This document shows positions 12,451 to 24,545 of a stretch of 64,000 nucleotides of DNA, one piece after another (within the stretch, counting starts at the first letter, position 1; the number at the start of each line of letters is the position of its first letter). The position numbers and the translations under genes are program-made. Origin of the DNA: Octopus sinensis (taxonomy: Eukaryota); assembly GCF_006345805.1 (NCBI RefSeq), contig NC_043001.1, positions 95,418,001-95,482,000 of the forward strand, read 5' to 3'. The notes under the pieces are model-generated. The model saw only the letters and a list, made by a program, of their open reading frames with translations, was not told the DNA's origin and ran no database searches.

Positions 12451-13249
12451 GTGGAGTTTACGCATGTTGCAATAAAAATTAAGACATTTGTAAATGTTTC
12501 AAACAGTTATAATAATAATCTGGTTTTAATAAAAAGAAATATATGCTGCACTAAAATTTCTGCCAAGCCTTTATCATATCTACATACTGGCAAATACAGG
12601 GGTGTACAAATCATATATGCCTATATACAAAAAGAAAAAAAAATTCATACAAAGTCACATACATACACACATTCACACATGCGCGCGTATGACACACGCA
12701 TATATACGCATGCGCACGCACACACAGGAAAACAGATATTATAGTCTATGCTTTCCTTTCATTCAGATTTTAAATTTCTTAATCCCATGAAAGTTTGTCT
12801 TTTTGTCAGCCCTATAAAAATACTCATCCGGATATTTGAAAATATCTACTCGGAAATTATGCACCAACACGGACGGTTAAATTATGAATAGGAAAGGGAA
12901 AAATGTACAACATTTAACATAATTTAAGTTTTGATAGATGCATATATATATAGGAATGTAGGTATATATTTTTATAGCGCAAAGCGAATTGAGTTTAACC
13001 CTACGGATAGTAATATTAAATGACGAGGATTGGGATGTTATGCATCACCATTGGAAATCACGTGATATGGGTATAGCTGCATCTTCTGTAGGGAGCATTG
13101 TCTCACCACAGTAGGGAGCTCTGTTTCATTTGTCACCTTAGTAAGTTAATGCTTTTTGTGGCTAATGAATCGTTTGTACTTTTATTTCTAGCAATGCCCG
13201 TACAGGCATATATGTGAAAGTTAGTCAGACAGACAGTTTGATAGATTGG

Positions 13250-13292
13250 CAGATAGAGAGATAGATAGATAAATAGATAGATAGAGAAATAG

Positions 13293-13373
<81 letters not shown>
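13250..13373. repeat. (GATA)n microsatellite
   Basis: Direct reading. Confidence 0.97.
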
Positions 13374-13374
<1 letters not shown>

Positions 13375-13780
13375 GGAAACACTCGGAAAATCTAGTTCAT
13401 TGATTGTGAGGATAGACATATATATATATTCTAATACTTCGGAATAACGTTTCTTTTTTTTACCAGAGCACAGCAGGAGCATACACAAAGACGGAGAGTG
13501 TGGATTAAGAGGTCACAAATGTGTGACGAAAGACTTCTGGCAATGGACATGAGTTATAATAAGAACAGTAATAAACCAGTGAAGAATAAATATATAATGC
13601 ATGTGTTTATTTTGGTCCCACCAAAAAAGAAATAAAATAACCATGAGGATATATGACAATATCTGCTTCAACGCACGCTTTCACATCAATAATCTTGCAA
13701 CACAAATTCATATATATAGAGAGAGAGAGCGAGAGAGAGAGAGAGAGATCCATATATACACACACGCACACACACATATG

Positions 13781-13949
13781 AGCAAGAGTTGATGTGTGGT
13801 AAGTAACTTGTTTACAACCACGTGGTTCAGAGTTCAGTCCCACTGAGTGGCATATCGGGCAACCTTCTTTAAGTATAGCACGGTCGACCAATGCTTGTAA
13901 GTGGATTTCGTAGACGGAAACTAAGAAGCCCGTCATATATATATAATAT

Positions 13950-13986
<37 letters not shown>

Positions 13987-13990
13987 TGTG

Positions 13991-14034
<44 letters not shown>

Positions 14035-14219
14035 GTGTGTTTGTCCCCCATCGCTTGACAACCAATGTAATATTCGTGTGTTTACGTTCCTGAACCTAGC
14101 GGTTCGGCAAAACGCCGATACAATAAGTACTAGGCTTACAAAGAAGAAACCCTAGGGTCGATATGTTGACTAAAGTCGGTGCTATAGCATGGATGCAGTC
14201 AAATAACTGAAAAATGAAA
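13781..14219 (+). mobile_element. SINE family A with expanded internal (TA)n
   Basis: Same head, body and tail as 9214-9586; ~100-bp TA tract at 13935-14030. Confidence 0.85.
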
Positions 14220-14492
14220 GAAAGGAATAAAGGAATATATATATATGTGTGTGTGTGTGTTTGTGTATGTATGTGTATATATGCATATATATGTATACAT
14301 TTACTCAAACACCAATCATGCAAGCGCGTAAACGCACACACGTATACCTATACACAAGGAAACACAGTGAGAGCTGGACAGAATGAGAGAGATATCTATA
14401 TATCGTAAAGTGAGGTTGATTTTCCTATATATGGATCCATCTATCTATCTTTCTATCTAATACCTATCTATCTATCTATATCTATCTATTTC

Positions 14493-14535
<43 letters not shown>

Positions 14536-14949
14536 TATATGGATATGCATATAGATATATGTGTGGTGGTTTGGTGCATGTGTTTGGGTTGTACACGGTA
14601 GATAAACGTAGGATGGAAACGAAATTTGAAAAAGTTTAATCCTCGTTAAGTTTGTCGCAATGTATTGTTACGTACTAAAAACATACCGTTTGTGTTTATG
14701 AATATAATAATGCATGCGCCTCCGAGTGTATGCATAGATAAATGTAAATACAGAGACATAGTCACACACACACACACACACACGTACACACATACACACA
14801 CATATCTGTAATAATGTTTATATGTCTATGATTGTAAGTATATCTTGATAAATTATAATTATATATGTGTGTAAGTATGTATATACAGTCATGGCCGTAT
14901 ATATATATATATTATATATATATATTATTATATATATATATATATAAAT

Positions 14950-15249
14950 ATAGTTATCCGTAATAATGAAGGGTGAAATTAATTAATTTGGAATAATTAT
15001 CAATTACACCAAGTAGTCTTCGGCATGTAAAAGCCTCATTCGAGGAAAATTTAAGTAATACTAAGCAATAAAGGGTTTAGCAACGAATTGCCTTACCACA
15101 TACCGAATTTAGAAATAGCAGTCAAAGAGTTATAGCTGTTTCTTCTACTAAAAAGGGAGTAGAAGAAATAGCTATAACTCTTTGACTGCTATTTCTAAAT
15201 TCGGTATGTGGTAAGGCAATTCGTTGCTAAACCCTTTATTGCTTAGTAT
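14950..15249. repeat. TA-flanked element ending in a 92-bp-arm palindrome
   Basis: Arms 15058-15149 and 15158-15249 match at 91/92 positions; 8-nt spacer AAAAAGGG. Confidence 0.93.
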
Positions 15250-15309
15250 ATATAATATATATATATATATATATAAATAAATATATATGCATATATATAT
15301 ACATATATA

Positions 15310-15383
<74 letters not shown>

Positions 15384-15415
15384 CATACGTACATACATAC
15401 GTACATACATACATA

Positions 15416-15446
<31 letters not shown>

Positions 15447-15454
15447 CATACATA

Positions 15455-15690
15455 CAGGCATTTGTTGTGCTGTCGGAATTGTGCTACACAATGACACGTT
15501 TCCGTGTTCAGTCCCGCTGCAAGTAAAACCTGGGTAAGTACCTTCGGTTATTGATCCTTTTGAACAAAATTCTTGTGTAGGCATTTGGTAGATAATAACT
15601 AAAAGCCGTTCACAGTCACTTGGCAACTGCTGTTGGGTTACTTATATTCGCGTAAATAACGCATCGCCAAACATATACCGATAGAATAAA
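15455..15690 (+). mobile_element. Degenerate SINE family A
   Basis: GTTCAGTCCCGCTGC..CTGGGTAAGT..ATTTGGTAGA remnants. Confidence 0.55.
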
Positions 15691-15946
15691 TACTATGTGT
15701 TAATACATATTACGTATGGGGTATGATTTATTTTACTAAACGCTTCAAGGCGGTGCCCCAGCATATGAGGAGTGCATACATATGCACGTGTGTGTGCGTG
15801 TGTGTGTGAGTGTGTGTGTATGTATGTATGTGTGTTTGTACGTGTGAATGTGTCTGTATGTATGTATATATGGTGTTCTCTTCAAACATGTAACTTGCTC
15901 GCAAACACACAGACACCGATGCACTATATATATATATATATATATA

Positions 15947-15997
<51 letters not shown>

Positions 15998-16004
15998 TAC
16001 TTAC

Positions 16005-16041
<37 letters not shown>

Positions 16042-16659
16042 TATATAATATATATATACCTATGAAATAGTTATATGGATGTGAATGTGGGTCTGTTCAA
16101 GTTAATAGTTTTTTTTTCTTTCCTTGGTACGTATAGTAAGAAACTTTCATTTAGGCGTGTAGAAAGTAACTAATGAAAACCTGCCTTGGATGTGGTATGA
16201 GGTGCACACAAGTGTGTATGCGTGTGTGTATGTGTGTCCGAATTTGTGAGTGTATGTGTACGTCTACGTGTATATGCGTAACACAGAGAGAGAAGAAAAG
16301 AAAGAAAGTGAGAGAGAGTGAGTGAGTGAGAGAGAGAGAGAGAGAGAGAAAGAGATAGAGAAAAATGAAACCCACAGGAATATAAAACAGAAAATGTTAT
16401 ACAGTGAAAGGTTGTAAACGAGTGGTGAAAATACGGACATTCAGAAATGCAGCGGGAGAGAATGAAAATACAACTTAAGAGAATGAGAGAGTAAAGACCG
16501 AACGAAGGAAAATGAGTTCAGAGAAATATAGTGTCTGATGTGTGAATGAGGGGGGGGTGCACGCGCGCGCTATGTGTCGTGCCTGTGTGCGTGTGCGTGC
16601 GCATGCGTATATGTATGTGTATGTATACAGATATATCGTTACGGTATATTCTCCCTTAC

Positions 16660-16728
16660 CTGATATCATATCCATTAGAAAACTCATATTCGTCGCTACA
16701 GTTGTATTAGTAAACATACGATCCGTTC
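16660..16728 (-). CDS. Candidate 69-nt internal exon (phase 1-1), (G)TDRMFTNTTVATNMSFLMDMIS(G); protein unidentified
   Basis: Long polypyrimidine acceptor ending TTCTTGTCAAG, donor CAG|GTAAGG, length divisible by 3, only one open frame. Confidence 0.4.
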
Positions 16729-17279
16729 CTTGACAAGAATACAGAAAACAAAAGACAAAAATATTTGACGATTTGTTTTTGTTGTTTTTTTTTTAATTTT
16801 TAATATTCGTAGACATTCCAATCTGTTAAAAAAAAGCAACTCGTCCGCAACAGGCCACATAATTAAAATTAATAGCAATAACTATAACAGTTACGGTATA
16901 TTTCTTCCTATTATTTATATATTTATTTGTTGTTGTTTTTTTATTATTTTTAATATAACGACGTCTTATATTCGATGGCTGAAATTTTCATGTTTAATTT
17001 TGATATTTTCATTTCCGATTAAGATTCTTGGCAACACACATGTTTTCTTCACTTCCTTTTACGTTTGTTTAAGTAACAATTATATCTTCCTTGTGATTAC
17101 ATCGCTGCTGTTATAATTACTTTCCCTATACTCTGCCTCTCCATAAACTTCTGACATTATAAGTTTGCTGTACTGCTTTTCCTTCTTGTGGTATTTTTTC
17201 TTATAATAAACATGCATGATTACATACAAACGTATCAACACACAGGAACACACACACACACACAGATGTATACACGCGC

Positions 17280-17684
17280 GTGGGTGAGGATTCTAACACA
17301 CACATAGGCACATACACGAGAACACACATACACAAAGACACGCGAAAATACACACAGTTGCACAAACAAAAATATGCACCTCAATACACTTTGTTTCCAT
17401 TCCACTACTTACCGATGTGTATGTATATATGTTTGTGTTATAAGTACATATACTCTTATACTTACAAAAAAGTATGCATTGATATACGTGTGTGTATGTG
17501 TGTGTATATATATATACATATATACATTTACATATGCGTATACATATACATGCATACATATGTAAATGTATATTTGTATATGCGTATCCCTCTCTCCCTC
17601 TCTCCCTCTCTCTATCTCTATATATATGTAAATATATAATTGCGTATATACCTATATATGTAAATGTATGTATATCTACATATA

Positions 17685-17754
<70 letters not shown>

Positions 17755-17838
17755 AAATCAAATTGCGATAAAATAAAAATATATATATCTGAACCTTCAG
17801 ATTTCAATATGCTAGACCACTCGTTTTAATTTATATAT

Positions 17839-17909
<71 letters not shown>

Positions 17910-18825
17910 ATTTATACACACACATTTATATATGAACATGTATAAAGACAGCTATACATAAATATTATATGTACACACATACATATAGAATTTCGAGTTT
18001 GTTCCATAGTTTCTCCGTGGTGTAATACTAAATCTCCGTAACGAAATCACGTTTTGCCCCATTGACACGTGGGTATTAAAACTTCCAATGCATATAAAAA
18101 TCCAACTGACACAAAAGTTATGTTAAAACCAGCATTATAATATTTATATAATATTCATTTATAGTTACATTATAAACCTCCGATATTATCATATACTGCG
18201 CGTTAGATTTTTTTTTCTTTTTTTTGGCTTTCTCATATATGATAATGTTTGCATATAAGTTTATAGCTCAGCATTTCAATGCCTGCTACTTAGAAACGGT
18301 GCCTTTTCTTTTTAAAGTCCTATTCCGTGACGCGTGTCTTCTTACTTGCATATTTTCTTCTTACTTGCATATTTTCTCTATTAAGCAGCCTTAGAGATAC
18401 GTCCATACATACATATATACACATATACAGACATACATAAACACACGCGTGTCTGTATACGTATATTCAGAATCATACACAATAATACACTACACATACA
18501 TCACTTTTTAGATAAACATTCATAGATATACAAGCACAAACAAACTTATATATGTATATATGTATATACATGTATATTAACATAAAAGTATGCATATCTA
18601 TATTAATAAAAGTGTCTCTCTGTTTCTCTCTCTTTCTATATGTATATATATATGTATGTGTGTGTATATATATATACATGTGCGTGTGTGTCAATATATA
18701 CATATATATATATATGTGCGTGTATATAGATGTATGCCTATATATACAGATATATAGATACATATATATGCACGCACGCATGCATATATATAAATACACA
18801 CACATTATATACAAACATACATACT

Positions 18826-18873
<48 letters not shown>

Positions 18874-19006
18874 AACATATATACATATATAAATTCATAT
18901 ATATATATGTATGTATATGTATATGTATATATATATATATGTATATATATATGTATATATATGTACGTATATGTATATTTGTATGTATGTATGCATGTAT
19001 GTATGC

Positions 19007-19035
<29 letters not shown>
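17280..19035. repeat. Large TA/CA/TACA low-complexity fields (17280-17930, 18400-19035)
   Basis: Direct reading; source of the YIYI/THTH pseudo-ORFs. Confidence 0.93.
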
Positions 19036-19037
<2 letters not shown>

Positions 19038-20127
19038 GGCGTGGTACATGTACGTGACTGGTAGGACGAACTGCTGATGGTTGAACATAACTGTTTCCGT
19101 AATTTTATAACTCTTATTGTTTTTTTCAGTCTCATCTAATAAAAAAAATCGCTTTGTAAATTTTAAAACCGCACTTCCACGAACATTAACATTACAAACA
19201 ACACTACTGGCATTTAAGTTAATATAACTGTTTAGGTTCTGATTTAGTTTTATCAAGTTTTATCAAGTTCTTTCCTGTAAATATAAATATATCTCATTTA
19301 CTTTCTCCTCTACTAAATTTCGTCCGCCCCTTCCCTTTCAGTAATTATCTATAAAATATATTCATATTTTATCTGCACTATATCAGAGGTTGGTATTTTT
19401 AAATATGTAAATATTGCATATTAATCAGAAATGTTAGCACGACGTGCATTTAAACGTTAATATTATTGCCGTTGCTGCTGACATAATTTCGTAGCAGACT
19501 ATCGTTGGAGTAACAAAGCGAAACCCAAAATAATTTCAGGAATGTCGAAATTGATATTTCTCGTAATGATTTCATTTCATTTGCTATAAAATTTCATTTT
19601 TTTCTTTAAAATTATGTCCATCAGATTATTCATGTAATTTGGTTGCTATTTCTGCAGCTGAGAGCGATCGCACATTGTAGCCTTCATCTCTACAGCACTT
19701 GTTTATGTTTAGAGTGCTGTTCTAACACGCGCGTGTGTATGTGTGCTTGTCTGTGTACGTGTGTCTGTGCGTGTATATATGTGTATGTATTTACTGTACG
19801 TGCCCGATGTCGTTCTGTTTGTTTATACAATAAATTCCCTCTCTCAAACGGAGCTGTTACACGCTGCATTCATAATGATAACAGCATTGTTTGCCGTTTC
19901 GCTTCTAGCGTTTCCATTGGTGGTCTCGCTCTGACCGGCATTAGCGGGAATGACAACAGCAGCAACTACAGCAGCAGGAACGGTATAATAACAACAGCAA
20001 AAGCGACACCCCCTACCACCAATATCAATAACAGCACCATCACCACCACCAACAACATCAATAACAACAACACCATCACCACCACCACCACCACCAACAT
20101 CATCATCATCGACAACAAATACAACTA

Positions 20128-20310
20128 GTGAGGCGCAATGGCCCAAGTGGTTAGGGCAGCCGTAAGAACGCGGTTTCGATTCCTAGACCGGGGATTGTGT
20201 GTGTTTATTGAGCGAAAACACCTGAACTCCATGAGGCTCCGGTGGGTGGGGGGTGAACCTCGCTGTACTCTTTCTCCATAACTTTCTCTCACTATTTCTT
20301 CCTTCTTCTG
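20128..20310 (+). mobile_element. tRNA-derived SINE family C, partial
   Basis: GGCGCAATGGCCCAAGTGGTTAGGGCAG..GGTTTCGATTCC head; body homologous to 33210-33480. Confidence 0.75.
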
Positions 20311-20579
20311 CTACAAGTGTTATCAACACTATGGTGTGGTAAACTTTCAGATCCTAGTCTAGATTGCGAATCCCCTGTACCCCAGGGTACAGCTCTCCAC
20401 CCGTTGAAAGCCAACGTTTACAGAATGAGAATGACAACGTAGCCTTCGCGCCCGTGCGATCGCCAGTCTATCACATGTGGTGGGTGGATCTTCAAGTTGC
20501 TACGCGCATTCTTAGTAGCTTAGAGTAGGCTCGAATTAGAGTTTATTCTATGTTGCTAATGGCGCGAGTCCAGGTTAGG

Positions 20580-20638
20580 AGAAGAAGAAGAAAAGAAGAA
20601 GAAGAAGAAGAAGAAGAAGAAGAAGAAGAAGAAGAAGA
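20580..20638. repeat. (GAA)n microsatellite
   Basis: Direct reading. Confidence 0.95.
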
Positions 20639-20669
20639 TAAATGGTGTCATTTTGTCTGTCTCTACCTG

Positions 20670-20890
20670 ATTTGAAATTAGACCGAAGTTGACTTTGCAT
20701 TTCATCCTTCAGCGTCGATAAAACATGCAGCAGTTGAACACTGGTGTTAATGTAAAACCCTTACCCACTCTCCTAAAACTTGTTGGCCTAGTTTCGGGTC
20801 GATAAAATAAGTACTATTTGAGTACCGAAGTGGATGGAATCGCTTCTCTCCCTTTCCTCCAAATTCCAGTCCTTTTGCCTATAAAAGGAA
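20670..20890 (+). mobile_element. Degenerate SINE family B fragments
   Basis: GTTGACTTTGCATTTCATCCTTC..GTCGATAAAA motif, seen twice. Confidence 0.6.
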
Positions 20891-20944
20891 TTATTATCAT
20901 TATTATTATAATTATTTTTATTATTATTATTATCATTATTATTA

Positions 20945-21330
20945 AGACGGTGAGCTTGCAGAAACAGTAACACGCCGGGCGAAATGCTTAGCGGTGTTTC
21001 GTCTGCCGTTAAGTTCTGAGTCCAAATTCCACCCAGGTCAACTTTGCCTTTCATCCTTTCGGGGTCGATAAATTAAGTACCAGATACGCACTGGGGTCGA
21101 TGTAATCGACTTAATCCCTTTGTCTGTCCTTGTTTGTCCTCTCTGTGTTTAGTCCCTTGTGGGTAGTAAAGAAATAGGTACATCGTCAGTCGCTATGTTT
21201 GTTCTCAGGTCAAATTCCGCCGCGGTCGACTTTGCCTTTCATCTTTTCGGGGTCCATAAATTAAGTACTGGTGAAATTCTGGATTCGATGTAATCGACTA
21301 TGCTCCTCCCCAAAAGTTTCGTGCCTTACT
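20945..21330 (+). mobile_element. SINE family B (Nin/Deu-like central domain): full unit plus partial second unit
   Basis: tRNA-like head and GTCAACTTTGCCTTTCATCCTTTCGGGGTCGATAAATTAAGTACCAG; the core repeats at 21210-21300. Domain name is from recalled similarity, not a search. Confidence 0.85.
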
Positions 21331-21526
21331 CTTTCACTTGTTTCAGTCTTTGACTGTGGCCATGCTGGAGCACCGCTTTTGGTCGAGGAAATCGACCCCA
21401 GGACTTATTCTTTGTAAGCCTAGTACTTATTCTATCGGTTCCTTATGCCGAACCCCTAACTTACGGGGACGTAAACTCACCAGCATCGATTGCCAAGCGA
21501 TGTTGGGGGACAAAAACAAACACACA

Positions 21527-21558
<32 letters not shown>

Positions 21559-21709
21559 CGACGGGCTTCTTTCAGTTTACGTCTACGAAATCCACTCAAT
21601 GAGGTTTTGATCGGCCCAATGCTATTCTAGAATACACTTGCCCAAGGTGCTACGCGGTGGGACTGAACCCGGAACCCTTTGGTTCGCAAGTAAGCCCACT
21701 CCTACGCCT
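21331..21709 (-). mobile_element. SINE family A, tail-to-tail with the family B copy
   Basis: Full homology to 9214-9586. Confidence 0.88.
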
Positions 21710-21728
21710 TGTGCATATAACAGAAAGG

Positions 21729-21729
<1 letters not shown>

Positions 21730-21769
<40 letters not shown>

Positions 21770-21856
21770 CTTTATTATCTTTATCATTATTATTATTATT
21801 AATAATATTATTATTATTATTATTACTATTATTATTACTATTGATATTATTATTAT

Positions 21857-21889
<33 letters not shown>

Positions 21890-22035
21890 GAGGAGGAGGA
21901 GGAGGAGGAGGAGGACGAGGAGGAGGAGGACGAGGAGGAGGAGGACGAGGAGGAAGTGGAGAAGAAGGTGCGAGCTTGATGGCGATGGTGGACGCTGTGG
22001 TGGTCGTTGCACTACTACTACTACTACTACTACTA
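21730..22035. repeat. Compound triplet array (ATT)n-(AGT)n-(AGG)n..(ACT)n
   Basis: Direct reading. Confidence 0.95.
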
Positions 22036-22544
22036 ACTTTTATTTGTCACAATCAACGGACTGTAGTCTTGTTTGGACACTGCTCTGAGGAGTTTAGATA
22101 AACATCTCGATATACGTTATTTTTTTTCTTTTGAAAGTCTGATATATATTGCTTTTTATTGGTCTTTTTTCTCTAGCCGCAAAGCTTTTGAAATATAAAC
22201 AAGCCAACGCTAGTTTTCATGCGCTCTTAGGAGAAAAACACAAACATGAAAACAGCCATATTTATATATATACACACACACACAGACACGGACACACACA
22301 CAGACTCTCTCTATCTCTCTCTCTCTATCTCTCTCTCTCTCTCTCTCCCTCTCTCTCTCTCACTCCCGCTCTTTCTCTCATTCCTTCTCATGCACACGCA
22401 CACACCCTCATATGCCACGGGTTTCATTATCCGTCTACCGTATCCAAATACAGGTTTTGGGTCTTTTCCCCTTGCTATTTTAAAAGATATTTACCAAAGC
22501 TGAGACGCACTTGGACTAATTCTAGAACATTTGGGTTGGGAAGC

Positions 22545-22790
22545 AGCTGGCAGAATTGTTAGCACGCCGGGAGAAATGCTTAGCGATGTTTCGTCTACCG
22601 TTACGTTCTGAGTTCAAATTCCGCCGATGTTGACTTTGCCTTTCATCCTTTTGGGATCGATTGAATAAGTACCAGTTACGCACTGGTGTTGATATAATCG
22701 AATTAATCCCTATACCTGTCCTTGTTTGTTCCCCCTATGTTTAGACCCCTGTGGGCAATAAAAAAATATAGTGGTTTGGGGAGCAAGCTT
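22545..22790 (+). mobile_element. SINE family B
   Basis: Homologous to 20945-21180. Confidence 0.85.
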
Positions 22791-22899
22791 CAATTAAGAC
22801 ACCCAAAAGTTCTCGTTGTTGTTCTTGCTGTTGCTGTCGATACATTTTTTGTTGTAGTTGTTCTCATTGTTGTTGTTGTTGTTGTTGTTACTCTTTTTT

Positions 22900-23303
22900 T
22901 TTAATTGTTTCAGTGATTTGACTGTGGCCATTCTGGAACACCGCCTTTAGTCGAGCAAATCGACCCCAGGACTTATTCTTTGTAAGTCTAGTACTTATTC
23001 TATCGGTCACTTTTGCCGAACAGCTAAGTTGCGGGGACGTAAACACACCAGCATCGGTTGTAAAGCGATGTTGGAGGGAAGAAACACAGACAGACAAACA
23101 TGCACACACACCCACATATATATATATATATATACATATATACGACAGGCTTCTTTCAGTTTCTGTCTACCAAATACACTCACAAGGCTTTGTCTCGAGG
23201 CTATAATAGAAGACACTTGCCGAAGGTGCCAGGCAGTGGAACTGAACCCGGAACCATGTGGCTGGTAAGCAAGCTACTTACCCACACAGCCACTCCTACA
23301 CCT
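22900..23303 (-). mobile_element. SINE family A
   Basis: Full homology to 9214-9586. Confidence 0.9.
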
Positions 23304-23357
23304 ATAATTAGTGATGCAAATATGACTGGCAGTATCAGCAGCATCAACAGCCACATC

Positions 23358-23359
<2 letters not shown>

Positions 23360-23422
<63 letters not shown>

Positions 23423-23480
23423 CGGCAGCAACATTAGCAGCAGTAATATCAGTAACGGCAGCAGCAGCAGCAGCAGCAGA
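23360..23480. repeat. (AGT)n-(AGC)n microsatellite
   Basis: Direct reading. Confidence 0.95.
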
Positions 23481-23628
23481 TGAAGCTGCAGGTGCATAAG
23501 CAAACAATTGATTCTTTATATAAATTCTTTAAATATAAAATTCTATTTTCTAACTTTATTCTGATTTACGGTATTAAGAATGTTGATATTTACAGTATTT
23601 TCTTTATATGTATACATATATATATATG

Positions 23629-23659
<31 letters not shown>

Positions 23660-23817
23660 TTGGCAGCGAGCATCAAAAAGTAAGATTAGCAGATGTGAAC
23701 GAAATCCAGTTACATCGTTATTGTTTGCAATATCAATTATGTTTTCTTCATATAAACGTATGCTAAAGCATATGCAAAACAAAAAAGAAAAGAAAAAATA
23801 CTGTAAATATCAATATA

Positions 23818-23907
<90 letters not shown>

Positions 23908-23936
23908 ATGTATCTATATATATATATATATATATA

Positions 23937-23974
<38 letters not shown>

Positions 23975-24026
23975 ATTGACTGGTCCACTTCTGTAAAATT
24001 TCGTGCCCTGTGCCTAGAGTATAAAA

Positions 24027-24080
<54 letters not shown>

Positions 24081-24189
24081 ATATTTCAACTGAGGGAGTA
24101 ATACAGGTAAAATTCAGGTTACATATGTTTTGTAGTCAGCAGATCCTCTGATGTAATAATTGCTCAACGAAGGCTGCGAGATATGGCAA

Positions 24190-24545
24190 AGGTGGGGAGC
24201 TGGATAAGGCGGCGGGCGGGCAGAAACGTTAGGTCGACTTTGCCTTTCATCCTTTCGGGGTCGATTATATAAGTACCAGTTACACACTGGGGTTGATGTA
24301 ATCGACTAAATCCATTTGTCTCTCCTTGATCGTCCCGTCTCTGTGTAGCTCCTCGTGGGCAGTAAAAGAATAAGAAACGTTAGCACACCGGGTACACATG
24401 TTTCCCGGTATTTCGTCTGTCTTTATATTCTGTGTTCAAATTCCGCTGAGGTCGCCTTTGCCTTTCATTCTTGCGGGGTCAATAAATTAAGTACCAGTTG
24501 CATACAGGGGTCGATCTAATCGACTGACCACATCCACAAAAATTT
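24190..24545 (+). mobile_element. SINE family B dimer
   Basis: Two successive GCCTTTCAT..GGGGTC..AAGTACCAG cores (24235-24310, 24450-24525). Confidence 0.82.

Noticed and set aside
11140-19256. Many ORFs rich in YI/TH/CV/LS (also at 23-24, 38, 50 and 56-57 kb)
   Set aside because: They are translations of di- and tetranucleotide microsatellites, with no protein signal.
23810-23950. TT/AA phase-shift interruptions in long (TA)n tracts as a coded pattern
   Set aside because: Single-base indels in TA runs are expected from slippage or long-read consensus error; this cannot be resolved without reads.
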